Of a DNA stretch of 44,278 nucleotides, positions 10,101 through 22,100 are shown in pieces. Position numbers and translations under genes: made by a program. Below the pieces are notes generated by a model. That model saw only the letters and a list, made by a program, of their open reading frames with translations, ran no database searches and was not told the DNA's origin. The stretch comes from Chiloscyllium plagiosum (taxonomy: Eukaryota), in the NCBI RefSeq assembly GCF_004010195.1, contig NW_025214468.1:1-44278 (forward strand), in the 5' to 3' direction. Each line of letters begins with the position of its first letter. The first letter of the stretch is position 1.

Positions 10101-13100
10101 GAGAGAGCGCGTCAGAGAGAGAGAGCGCGTCAGAGAGAGAGAGCGCGTCAGAGAGAGAGAGCGCGTCAGAGAGAGAGAGCGCGTCAGAGAGAGAGAGCGC
10201 GTCAGAGAGAGAGAGCGCGTCAGAGAGAGAGAGCGCGTCAGAGAGAGAGAGCGCGTCAGAGAGAGAGAGCGCGTCAGAGAGAGAGAGCGCGTCAGAGAGA
10301 GAGAGCGCGTCAGAGAGAGAGAGCGCGTCAGAGAGAGAGAGCGCGTCAGAGAGAGAGAGCGCGTCAGAGAGAGAGAGCGCGTCAGAGAGAGAGAGCGCGT
10401 CAGAGAGAGAGAGCGCGTCAGAGAGAGAGAGCGCGTCAGAGAGAGAGAGCGCGTCAGAGAGAGAGAGCGCGTCAGAGAGAGAGAGCGCGTCAGAGAGAGA
10501 GAGCGCGTCAGAGAGAGAGAGCGCGTCAGAGAGAGAGAGCGCGTCAGAGAGAGAGAGCGCGTCAGAGAGAGAGAGCGCGTCAGAGAGAGAGAGCGCGTCA
10601 GAGAGAGAGAGCGCGTCAGAGAGAGAGAGCGCGTCAGAGAGAGAGAGCGCGTCAGAGAGAGAGAGCGCGTCAGAGAGAGAGAGCGCGTCAGAGAGAGAGA
10701 GCGCGTCAGAGAGAGAGAGCGCGTCAGAGAGAGAGAGCGCGTCAGAGAGAGAGAGCGCGTCAGAGAGAGAGAGCGCGTCAGAGAGAGAGAGCGCGTCAGA
10801 GAGAGAGAGCGCGTCAGAGAGAGAGAGCGCGTCAGAGAGAGAGAGCGCGTCAGAGAGAGAGAGCGCGTCAGAGAGAGAGAGCGCGTCAGAGAGAGAGAGC
10901 GCGTCAGAGAGAGAGAGCGCGTCAGAGAGAGAGAGCGCGTCAGAGAGAGAGAGCGCGTCAGAGAGAGAGAGCGCGTCAGAGAGAGAGAGCGCGTCAGAGA
11001 GAGAGAGCGCGTCAGAGAGAGAGAGCGCGTCAGAGAGAGAGAGCGCGTCAGAGAGAGAGAGCGCGTCAGAGAGAGAGAGCGCGTCAGAGAGAGAGAGCGC
11101 GTCAGAGAGAGAGAGCGCGTCAGAGAGAGAGAGCGCGTCAGAGAGAGAGAGCGCGTCAGAGAGAGAGAGCGCGTCAGAGAGAGAGAGCGCGTCAGAGAGA
11201 GAGAGCGCGTCAGAGAGAGAGAGCGCGTCAGAGAGAGAGAGCGCGTCAGAGAGAGAGAGCGCGTCAGAGAGAGAGAGCGCGTCAGAGAGAGAGAGCGCGT
11301 CAGAGAGAGAGAGCGCGTCAGAGAGAGAGAGCGCGTCAGAGAGAGAGAGCGCGTCAGAGAGAGAGAGCGCGTCAGAGAGAGAGAGCGCGTCAGAGAGAGA
11401 GAGCGCGTCAGAGAGAGAGAGCGCGTCAGAGAGAGAGAGCGCGTCAGAGAGAGAGAGCGCGTCAGAGAGAGAGAGCGCGTCAGAGAGAGAGAGCGCGTCA
11501 GAGAGAGAGAGCGCGTCAGAGAGAGAGAGCGCGTCAGAGAGAGAGAGCGCGTCAGAGAGAGAGAGCGCGTCAGAGAGAGAGAGCGCGTCAGAGAGAGAGA
11601 GCGCGTCAGAGAGAGAGAGCGCGTCAGAGAGAGAGAGCGCGTCAGAGAGAGAGAGCGCGTCAGAGAGAGAGAGCGCGTCAGAGAGAGAGAGCGCGTCAGA
11701 GAGAGAGAGCGCGTCAGAGAGAGAGAGCGCGTCAGAGAGAGAGAGCGCGTCAGAGAGAGAGAGCGCGTCAGAGAGAGAGAGCGCGTCAGAGAGAGAGAGC
11801 GCGTCAGAGAGAGAGAGCGCGTCAGAGAGAGAGAGCGCGTCAGAGAGAGAGAGCGCGTCAGAGAGAGAGAGCGCGTCAGAGAGAGAGAGCGCGTCAGAGA
11901 GAGAGAGCGCGTCAGAGAGAGAGAGCGCGTCAGAGAGAGAGAGCGCGTCAGAGAGAGAGAGCGCGTCAGAGAGAGAGAGCGCGTCAGAGAGAGAGAGCGC
12001 GTCAGAGAGAGAGAGCGCGTCAGAGAGAGAGAGCGCGTCAGAGAGAGAGAGCGCGTCAGAGAGAGAGAGCGCGTCAGAGAGAGAGAGCGCGTCAGAGAGA
12101 GAGAGCGCGTCAGAGAGAGAGAGCGCGTCAGAGAGAGAGAGCGCGTCAGAGAGAGAGAGCGCGTCAGAGAGAGAGAGCGCGTCAGAGAGAGAGAGCGCGT
12201 CAGAGAGAGAGAGCGCGTCAGAGAGAGAGAGCGCGTCAGAGAGAGAGAGCGCGTCAGAGAGAGAGAGCGCGTCAGAGAGAGAGAGCGCGTCAGAGAGAGA
12301 GAGCGCGTCAGAGAGAGAGAGCGCGTCAGAGAGAGAGAGCGCGTCAGAGAGAGAGAGCGCGTCAGAGAGAGAGAGCGCGTCAGAGAGAGAGAGCGCGTCA
12401 GAGAGAGAGAGCGCGTCAGAGAGAGAGAGCGCGTCAGAGAGAGAGAGCGCGTCAGAGAGAGAGAGCGCGTCAGAGAGAGAGAGCGCGTCAGAGAGAGAGA
12501 GCGCGTCAGAGAGAGAGAGCGCGTCAGAGAGAGAGAGCGCGTCAGAGAGAGAGAGCGCGTCAGAGAGAGAGAGCGCGTCAGAGAGAGAGAGCGCGTCAGA
12601 GAGAGAGAGCGCGTCAGAGAGAGAGAGCGCGTCAGAGAGAGAGAGCGCGTCAGAGAGAGAGAGCGCGTCAGAGAGAGAGAGCGCGTCAGAGAGAGAGAGC
12701 GCGTCAGAGAGAGAGAGCGCGTCAGAGAGAGAGAGCGCGTCAGAGAGAGAGAGCGCGTCAGAGAGAGAGAGCGCGTCAGAGAGAGAGAGCGCGTCAGAGA
12801 GAGAGAGCGCGTCAGAGAGAGAGAGCGCGTCAGAGAGAGAGAGCGCGTCAGAGAGAGAGAGCGCGTCAGAGAGAGAGAGCGCGTCAGAGAGAGAGAGCGC
12901 GTCAGAGAGAGAGAGCGCGTCAGAGAGAGAGAGCGCGTCAGAGAGAGAGAGCGCGTCAGAGAGAGAGAGCGCGTCAGAGAGAGAGAGCGCGTCAGAGAGA
13001 GAGAGCGCGTCAGAGAGAGAGAGCGCGTCAGAGAGAGAGAGCGCGTCAGAGAGAGAGAGCGCGTCAGAGAGAGAGAGCGCGTCAGAGAGAGAGAGCGCGT

Positions 13101-16100
13101 CAGAGAGAGAGAGCGCGTCAGAGAGAGAGAGCGCGTCAGAGAGAGAGAGCGCGTCAGAGAGAGAGAGCGCGTCAGAGAGAGAGAGCGCGTCAGAGAGAGA
13201 GAGCGCGTCAGAGAGAGAGAGCGCGTCAGAGAGAGAGAGCGCGTCAGAGAGAGAGAGCGCGTCAGAGAGAGAGAGCGCGTCAGAGAGAGAGAGCGCGTCA
13301 GAGAGAGAGAGCGCGTCAGAGAGAGAGAGCGCGTCAGAGAGAGAGAGCGCGTCAGAGAGAGAGAGCGCGTCAGAGAGAGAGAGCGCGTCAGAGAGAGAGA
13401 GCGCGTCAGAGAGAGAGAGCGCGTCAGAGAGAGAGAGCGCGTCAGAGAGAGAGAGCGCGTCAGAGAGAGAGAGCGCGTCAGAGAGAGAGAGCGCGTCAGA
13501 GAGAGAGAGCGCGTCAGAGAGAGAGAGCGCGTCAGAGAGAGAGAGCGCGTCAGAGAGAGAGAGCGCGTCAGAGAGAGAGAGCGCGTCAGAGAGAGAGAGC
13601 GCGTCAGAGAGAGAGAGCGCGTCAGAGAGAGAGAGCGCGTCAGAGAGAGAGAGCGCGTCAGAGAGAGAGAGCGCGTCAGAGAGAGAGAGCGCGTCAGAGA
13701 GAGAGAGCGCGTCAGAGAGAGAGAGCGCGTCAGAGAGAGAGAGCGCGTCAGAGAGAGAGAGCGCGTCAGAGAGAGAGAGCGCGTCAGAGAGAGAGAGCGC
13801 GTCAGAGAGAGAGAGCGCGTCAGAGAGAGAGAGCGCGTCAGAGAGAGAGAGCGCGTCAGAGAGAGAGAGCGCGTCAGAGAGAGAGAGCGCGTCAGAGAGA
13901 GAGAGCGCGTCAGAGAGAGAGAGCGCGTCAGAGAGAGAGAGCGCGTCAGAGAGAGAGAGCGCGTCAGAGAGAGAGAGCGCGTCAGAGAGAGAGAGCGCGT
14001 CAGAGAGAGAGAGCGCGTCAGAGAGAGAGAGCGCGTCAGAGAGAGAGAGCGCGTCAGAGAGAGAGAGCGCGTCAGAGAGAGAGAGCGCGTCAGAGAGAGA
14101 GAGCGCGTCAGAGAGAGAGAGCGCGTCAGAGAGAGAGAGCGCGTCAGAGAGAGAGAGCGCGTCAGAGAGAGAGAGCGCGTCAGAGAGAGAGAGCGCGTCA
14201 GAGAGAGAGAGCGCGTCAGAGAGAGAGAGCGCGTCAGAGAGAGAGAGCGCGTCAGAGAGAGAGAGCGCGTCAGAGAGAGAGAGCGCGTCAGAGAGAGAGA
14301 GCGCGTCAGAGAGAGAGAGCGCGTCAGAGAGAGAGAGCGCGTCAGAGAGAGAGAGCGCGTCAGAGAGAGAGAGCGCGTCAGAGAGAGAGAGCGCGTCAGA
14401 GAGAGAGAGCGCGTCAGAGAGAGAGAGCGCGTCAGAGAGAGAGAGCGCGTCAGAGAGAGAGAGCGCGTCAGAGAGAGAGAGCGCGTCAGAGAGAGAGAGC
14501 GCGTCAGAGAGAGAGAGCGCGTCAGAGAGAGAGAGCGCGTCAGAGAGAGAGAGCGCGTCAGAGAGAGAGAGCGCGTCAGAGAGAGAGAGCGCGTCAGAGA
14601 GAGAGAGCGCGTCAGAGAGAGAGAGCGCGTCAGAGAGAGAGAGCGCGTCAGAGAGAGAGAGCGCGTCAGAGAGAGAGAGCGCGTCAGAGAGAGAGAGCGC
14701 GTCAGAGAGAGAGAGCGCGTCAGAGAGAGAGAGCGCGTCAGAGAGAGAGAGCGCGTCAGAGAGAGAGAGCGCGTCAGAGAGAGAGAGCGCGTCAGAGAGA
14801 GAGAGCGCGTCAGAGAGAGAGAGCGCGTCAGAGAGAGAGAGCGCGTCAGAGAGAGAGAGCGCGTCAGAGAGAGAGAGCGCGTCAGAGAGAGAGAGCGCGT
14901 CAGAGAGAGAGAGCGCGTCAGAGAGAGAGAGCGCGTCAGAGAGAGAGAGCGCGTCAGAGAGAGAGAGCGCGTCAGAGAGAGAGAGCGCGTCAGAGAGAGA
15001 GAGCGCGTCAGAGAGAGAGAGCGCGTCAGAGAGAGAGAGCGCGTCAGAGAGAGAGAGCGCGTCAGAGAGAGAGAGCGCGTCAGAGAGAGAGAGCGCGTCA
15101 GAGAGAGAGAGCGCGTCAGAGAGAGAGAGCGCGTCAGAGAGAGAGAGCGCGTCAGAGAGAGAGAGCGCGTCAGAGAGAGAGAGCGCGTCAGAGAGAGAGA
15201 GCGCGTCAGAGAGAGAGAGCGCGTCAGAGAGAGAGAGCGCGTCAGAGAGAGAGAGCGCGTCAGAGAGAGAGAGCGCGTCAGAGAGAGAGAGCGCGTCAGA
15301 GAGAGAGAGCGCGTCAGAGAGAGAGAGCGCGTCAGAGAGAGAGAGCGCGTCAGAGAGAGAGAGCGCGTCAGAGAGAGAGAGCGCGTCAGAGAGAGAGAGC
15401 GCGTCAGAGAGAGAGAGCGCGTCAGAGAGAGAGAGCGCGTCAGAGAGAGAGAGCGCGTCAGAGAGAGAGAGCGCGTCAGAGAGAGAGAGCGCGTCAGAGA
15501 GAGAGAGCGCGTCAGAGAGAGAGAGCGCGTCAGAGAGAGAGAGCGCGTCAGAGAGAGAGAGCGCGTCAGAGAGAGAGAGCGCGTCAGAGAGAGAGAGCGC
15601 GTCAGAGAGAGAGAGCGCGTCAGAGAGAGAGAGCGCGTCAGAGAGAGAGAGCGCGTCAGAGAGAGAGAGCGCGTCAGAGAGAGAGAGCGCGTCAGAGAGA
15701 GAGAGCGCGTCAGAGAGAGAGAGCGCGTCAGAGAGAGAGAGCGCGTCAGAGAGAGAGAGCGCGTCAGAGAGAGAGAGCGCGTCAGAGAGAGAGAGCGCGT
15801 CAGAGAGAGAGAGCGCGTCAGAGAGAGAGAGCGCGTCAGAGAGAGAGAGCGCGTCAGAGAGAGAGAGCGCGTCAGAGAGAGAGAGCGCGTCAGAGAGAGA
15901 GAGCGCGTCAGAGAGAGAGAGCGCGTCAGAGAGAGAGAGCGCGTCAGAGAGAGAGAGCGCGTCAGAGAGAGAGAGCGCGTCAGAGAGAGAGAGCGCGTCA
16001 GAGAGAGAGAGCGCGTCAGAGAGAGAGAGCGCGTCAGAGAGAGAGAGCGCGTCAGAGAGAGAGAGCGCGTCAGAGAGAGAGAGCGCGTCAGAGAGAGAGA

Positions 16101-19100
16101 GCGCGTCAGAGAGAGAGAGCGCGTCAGAGAGAGAGAGCGCGTCAGAGAGAGAGAGCGCGTCAGAGAGAGAGAGCGCGTCAGAGAGAGAGAGCGCGTCAGA
16201 GAGAGAGAGCGCGTCAGAGAGAGAGAGCGCGTCAGAGAGAGAGAGCGCGTCAGAGAGAGAGAGCGCGTCAGAGAGAGAGAGCGCGTCAGAGAGAGAGAGC
16301 GCGTCAGAGAGAGAGAGCGCGTCAGAGAGAGAGAGCGCGTCAGAGAGAGAGAGCGCGTCAGAGAGAGAGAGCGCGTCAGAGAGAGAGAGCGCGTCAGAGA
16401 GAGAGAGCGCGTCAGAGAGAGAGAGCGCGTCAGAGAGAGAGAGCGCGTCAGAGAGAGAGAGCGCGTCAGAGAGAGAGAGCGCGTCAGAGAGAGAGAGCGC
16501 GTCAGAGAGAGAGAGCGCGTCAGAGAGAGAGAGCGCGTCAGAGAGAGAGAGCGCGTCAGAGAGAGAGAGCGCGTCAGAGAGAGAGAGCGCGTCAGAGAGA
16601 GAGAGCGCGTCAGAGAGAGAGAGCGCGTCAGAGAGAGAGAGCGCGTCAGAGAGAGAGAGCGCGTCAGAGAGAGAGAGCGCGTCAGAGAGAGAGAGCGCGT
16701 CAGAGAGAGAGAGCGCGTCAGAGAGAGAGAGCGCGTCAGAGAGAGAGAGCGCGTCAGAGAGAGAGAGCGCGTCAGAGAGAGAGAGCGCGTCAGAGAGAGA
16801 GAGCGCGTCAGAGAGAGAGAGCGCGTCAGAGAGAGAGAGCGCGTCAGAGAGAGAGAGCGCGTCAGAGAGAGAGAGCGCGTCAGAGAGAGAGAGCGCGTCA
16901 GAGAGAGAGAGCGCGTCAGAGAGAGAGAGCGCGTCAGAGAGAGAGAGCGCGTCAGAGAGAGAGAGCGCGTCAGAGAGAGAGAGCGCGTCAGAGAGAGAGA
17001 GCGCGTCAGAGAGAGAGAGCGCGTCAGAGAGAGAGAGCGCGTCAGAGAGAGAGAGCGCGTCAGAGAGAGAGAGCGCGTCAGAGAGAGAGAGCGCGTCAGA
17101 GAGAGAGAGCGCGTCAGAGAGAGAGAGCGCGTCAGAGAGAGAGAGCGCGTCAGAGAGAGAGAGCGCGTCAGAGAGAGAGAGCGCGTCAGAGAGAGAGAGC
17201 GCGTCAGAGAGAGAGAGCGCGTCAGAGAGAGAGAGCGCGTCAGAGAGAGAGAGCGCGTCAGAGAGAGAGAGCGCGTCAGAGAGAGAGAGCGCGTCAGAGA
17301 GAGAGAGCGCGTCAGAGAGAGAGAGCGCGTCAGAGAGAGAGAGCGCGTCAGAGAGAGAGAGCGCGTCAGAGAGAGAGAGCGCGTCAGAGAGAGAGAGCGC
17401 GTCAGAGAGAGAGAGCGCGTCAGAGAGAGAGAGCGCGTCAGAGAGAGAGAGCGCGTCAGAGAGAGAGAGCGCGTCAGAGAGAGAGAGCGCGTCAGAGAGA
17501 GAGAGCGCGTCAGAGAGAGAGAGCGCGTCAGAGAGAGAGAGCGCGTCAGAGAGAGAGAGCGCGTCAGAGAGAGAGAGCGCGTCAGAGAGAGAGAGCGCGT
17601 CAGAGAGAGAGAGCGCGTCAGAGAGAGAGAGCGCGTCAGAGAGAGAGAGCGCGTCAGAGAGAGAGAGCGCGTCAGAGAGAGAGAGCGCGTCAGAGAGAGA
17701 GAGCGCGTCAGAGAGAGAGAGCGCGTCAGAGAGAGAGAGCGCGTCAGAGAGAGAGAGCGCGTCAGAGAGAGAGAGCGCGTCAGAGAGAGAGAGCGCGTCA
17801 GAGAGAGAGAGCGCGTCAGAGAGAGAGAGCGCGTCAGAGAGAGAGAGCGCGTCAGAGAGAGAGAGCGCGTCAGAGAGAGAGAGCGCGTCAGAGAGAGAGA
17901 GCGCGTCAGAGAGAGAGAGCGCGTCAGAGAGAGAGAGCGCGTCAGAGAGAGAGAGCGCGTCAGAGAGAGAGAGCGCGTCAGAGAGAGAGAGCGCGTCAGA
18001 GAGAGAGAGCGCGTCAGAGAGAGAGAGCGCGTCAGAGAGAGAGAGCGCGTCAGAGAGAGAGAGCGCGTCAGAGAGAGAGAGCGCGTCAGAGAGAGAGAGC
18101 GCGTCAGAGAGAGAGAGCGCGTCAGAGAGAGAGAGCGCGTCAGAGAGAGAGAGCGCGTCAGAGAGAGAGAGCGCGTCAGAGAGAGAGAGCGCGTCAGAGA
18201 GAGAGAGCGCGTCAGAGAGAGAGAGCGCGTCAGAGAGAGAGAGCGCGTCAGAGAGAGAGAGCGCGTCAGAGAGAGAGAGCGCGTCAGAGAGAGAGAGCGC
18301 GTCAGAGAGAGAGAGCGCGTCAGAGAGAGAGAGCGCGTCAGAGAGAGAGAGCGCGTCAGAGAGAGAGAGCGCGTCAGAGAGAGAGAGCGCGTCAGAGAGA
18401 GAGAGCGCGTCAGAGAGAGAGAGCGCGTCAGAGAGAGAGAGCGCGTCAGAGAGAGAGAGCGCGTCAGAGAGAGAGAGCGCGTCAGAGAGAGAGAGCGCGT
18501 CAGAGAGAGAGAGCGCGTCAGAGAGAGAGAGCGCGTCAGAGAGAGAGAGCGCGTCAGAGAGAGAGAGCGCGTCAGAGAGAGAGAGCGCGTCAGAGAGAGA
18601 GAGCGCGTCAGAGAGAGAGAGCGCGTCAGAGAGAGAGAGCGCGTCAGAGAGAGAGAGCGCGTCAGAGAGAGAGAGCGCGTCAGAGAGAGAGAGCGCGTCA
18701 GAGAGAGAGAGCGCGTCAGAGAGAGAGAGCGCGTCAGAGAGAGAGAGCGCGTCAGAGAGAGAGAGCGCGTCAGAGAGAGAGAGCGCGTCAGAGAGAGAGA
18801 GCGCGTCAGAGAGAGAGAGCGCGTCAGAGAGAGAGAGCGCGTCAGAGAGAGAGAGCGCGTCAGAGAGAGAGAGCGCGTCAGAGAGAGAGAGCGCGTCAGA
18901 GAGAGAGAGCGCGTCAGAGAGAGAGAGCGCGTCAGAGAGAGAGAGCGCGTCAGAGAGAGAGAGCGCGTCAGAGAGAGAGAGCGCGTCAGAGAGAGAGAGC
19001 GCGTCAGAGAGAGAGAGCGCGTCAGAGAGAGAGAGCGCGTCAGAGAGAGAGAGCGCGTCAGAGAGAGAGAGCGCGTCAGAGAGAGAGAGCGCGTCAGAGA

Positions 19101-22100
19101 GAGAGAGCGCGTCAGAGAGAGAGAGCGCGTCAGAGAGAGAGAGCGCGTCAGAGAGAGAGAGCGCGTCAGAGAGAGAGAGCGCGTCAGAGAGAGAGAGCGC
19201 GTCAGAGAGAGAGAGCGCGTCAGAGAGAGAGAGCGCGTCAGAGAGAGAGAGCGCGTCAGAGAGAGAGAGCGCGTCAGAGAGAGAGAGCGCGTCAGAGAGA
19301 GAGAGCGCGTCAGAGAGAGAGAGCGCGTCAGAGAGAGAGAGCGCGTCAGAGAGAGAGAGCGCGTCAGAGAGAGAGAGCGCGTCAGAGAGAGAGAGCGCGT
19401 CAGAGAGAGAGAGCGCGTCAGAGAGAGAGAGCGCGTCAGAGAGAGAGAGCGCGTCAGAGAGAGAGAGCGCGTCAGAGAGAGAGAGCGCGTCAGAGAGAGA
19501 GAGCGCGTCAGAGAGAGAGAGCGCGTCAGAGAGAGAGAGCGCGTCAGAGAGAGAGAGCGCGTCAGAGAGAGAGAGCGCGTCAGAGAGAGAGAGCGCGTCA
19601 GAGAGAGAGAGCGCGTCAGAGAGAGAGAGCGCGTCAGAGAGAGAGAGCGCGTCAGAGAGAGAGAGCGCGTCAGAGAGAGAGAGCGCGTCAGAGAGAGAGA
19701 GCGCGTCAGAGAGAGAGAGCGCGTCAGAGAGAGAGAGCGCGTCAGAGAGAGAGAGCGCGTCAGAGAGAGAGAGCGCGTCAGAGAGAGAGAGCGCGTCAGA
19801 GAGAGAGAGCGCGTCAGAGAGAGAGAGCGCGTCAGAGAGAGAGAGCGCGTCAGAGAGAGAGAGCGCGTCAGAGAGAGAGAGCGCGTCAGAGAGAGAGAGC
19901 GCGTCAGAGAGAGAGAGCGCGTCAGAGAGAGAGAGCGCGTCAGAGAGAGAGAGCGCGTCAGAGAGAGAGAGCGCGTCAGAGAGAGAGAGCGCGTCAGAGA
20001 GAGAGAGCGCGTCAGAGAGAGAGAGCGCGTCAGAGAGAGAGAGCGCGTCAGAGAGAGAGAGCGCGTCAGAGAGAGAGAGCGCGTCAGAGAGAGAGAGCGC
20101 GTCAGAGAGAGAGAGCGCGTCAGAGAGAGAGAGCGCGTCAGAGAGAGAGAGCGCGTCAGAGAGAGAGAGCGCGTCAGAGAGAGAGAGCGCGTCAGAGAGA
20201 GAGAGCGCGTCAGAGAGAGAGAGCGCGTCAGAGAGAGAGAGCGCGTCAGAGAGAGAGAGCGCGTCAGAGAGAGAGAGCGCGTCAGAGAGAGAGAGCGCGT
20301 CAGAGAGAGAGAGCGCGTCAGAGAGAGAGAGCGCGTCAGAGAGAGAGAGCGCGTCAGAGAGAGAGAGCGCGTCAGAGAGAGAGAGCGCGTCAGAGAGAGA
20401 GAGCGCGTCAGAGAGAGAGAGCGCGTCAGAGAGAGAGAGCGCGTCAGAGAGAGAGAGCGCGTCAGAGAGAGAGAGCGCGTCAGAGAGAGAGAGCGCGTCA
20501 GAGAGAGAGAGCGCGTCAGAGAGAGAGAGCGCGTCAGAGAGAGAGAGCGCGTCAGAGAGAGAGAGCGCGTCAGAGAGAGAGAGCGCGTCAGAGAGAGAGA
20601 GCGCGTCAGAGAGAGAGAGCGCGTCAGAGAGAGAGAGCGCGTCAGAGAGAGAGAGCGCGTCAGAGAGAGAGAGCGCGTCAGAGAGAGAGAGCGCGTCAGA
20701 GAGAGAGAGCGCGTCAGAGAGAGAGAGCGCGTCAGAGAGAGAGAGCGCGTCAGAGAGAGAGAGCGCGTCAGAGAGAGAGAGCGCGTCAGAGAGAGAGAGC
20801 GCGTCAGAGAGAGAGAGCGCGTCAGAGAGAGAGAGCGCGTCAGAGAGAGAGAGCGCGTCAGAGAGAGAGAGCGCGTCAGAGAGAGAGAGCGCGTCAGAGA
20901 GAGAGAGCGCGTCAGAGAGAGAGAGCGCGTCAGAGAGAGAGAGCGCGTCAGAGAGAGAGAGCGCGTCAGAGAGAGAGAGCGCGTCAGAGAGAGAGAGCGC
21001 GTCAGAGAGAGAGAGCGCGTCAGAGAGAGAGAGCGCGTCAGAGAGAGAGAGCGCGTCAGAGAGAGAGAGCGCGTCAGAGAGAGAGAGCGCGTCAGAGAGA
21101 GAGAGCGCGTCAGAGAGAGAGAGCGCGTCAGAGAGAGAGAGCGCGTCAGAGAGAGAGAGCGCGTCAGAGAGAGAGAGCGCGTCAGAGAGAGAGAGCGCGT
21201 CAGAGAGAGAGAGCGCGTCAGAGAGAGAGAGCGCGTCAGAGAGAGAGAGCGCGTCAGAGAGAGAGAGCGCGTCAGAGAGAGAGAGCGCGTCAGAGAGAGA
21301 GAGCGCGTCAGAGAGAGAGAGCGCGTCAGAGAGAGAGAGCGCGTCAGAGAGAGAGAGCGCGTCAGAGAGAGAGAGCGCGTCAGAGAGAGAGAGCGCGTCA
21401 GAGAGAGAGAGCGCGTCAGAGAGAGAGAGCGCGTCAGAGAGAGAGAGCGCGTCAGAGAGAGAGAGCGCGTCAGAGAGAGAGAGCGCGTCAGAGAGAGAGA
21501 GCGCGTCAGAGAGAGAGAGCGCGTCAGAGAGAGAGAGCGCGTCAGAGAGAGAGAGCGCGTCAGAGAGAGAGAGCGCGTCAGAGAGAGAGAGCGCGTCAGA
21601 GAGAGAGAGCGCGTCAGAGAGAGAGAGCGCGTCAGAGAGAGAGAGCGCGTCAGAGAGAGAGAGCGCGTCAGAGAGAGAGAGCGCGTCAGAGAGAGAGAGC
21701 GCGTCAGAGAGAGAGAGCGCGTCAGAGAGAGAGAGCGCGTCAGAGAGAGAGAGCGCGTCAGAGAGAGAGAGCGCGTCAGAGAGAGAGAGCGCGTCAGAGA
21801 GAGAGAGCGCGTCAGAGAGAGAGAGCGCGTCAGAGAGAGAGAGCGCGTCAGAGAGAGAGAGCGCGTCAGAGAGAGAGAGCGCGTCAGAGAGAGAGAGCGC
21901 GTCAGAGAGAGAGAGCGCGTCAGAGAGAGAGAGCGCGTCAGAGAGAGAGAGCGCGTCAGAGAGAGAGAGCGCGTCAGAGAGAGAGAGCGCGTCAGAGAGA
22001 GAGAGCGCGTCAGAGAGAGAGAGCGCGTCAGAGAGAGAGAGCGCGTCAGAGAGAGAGAGCGCGTCAGAGAGAGAGAGCGCGTCAGAGAGAGAGAGCGCGT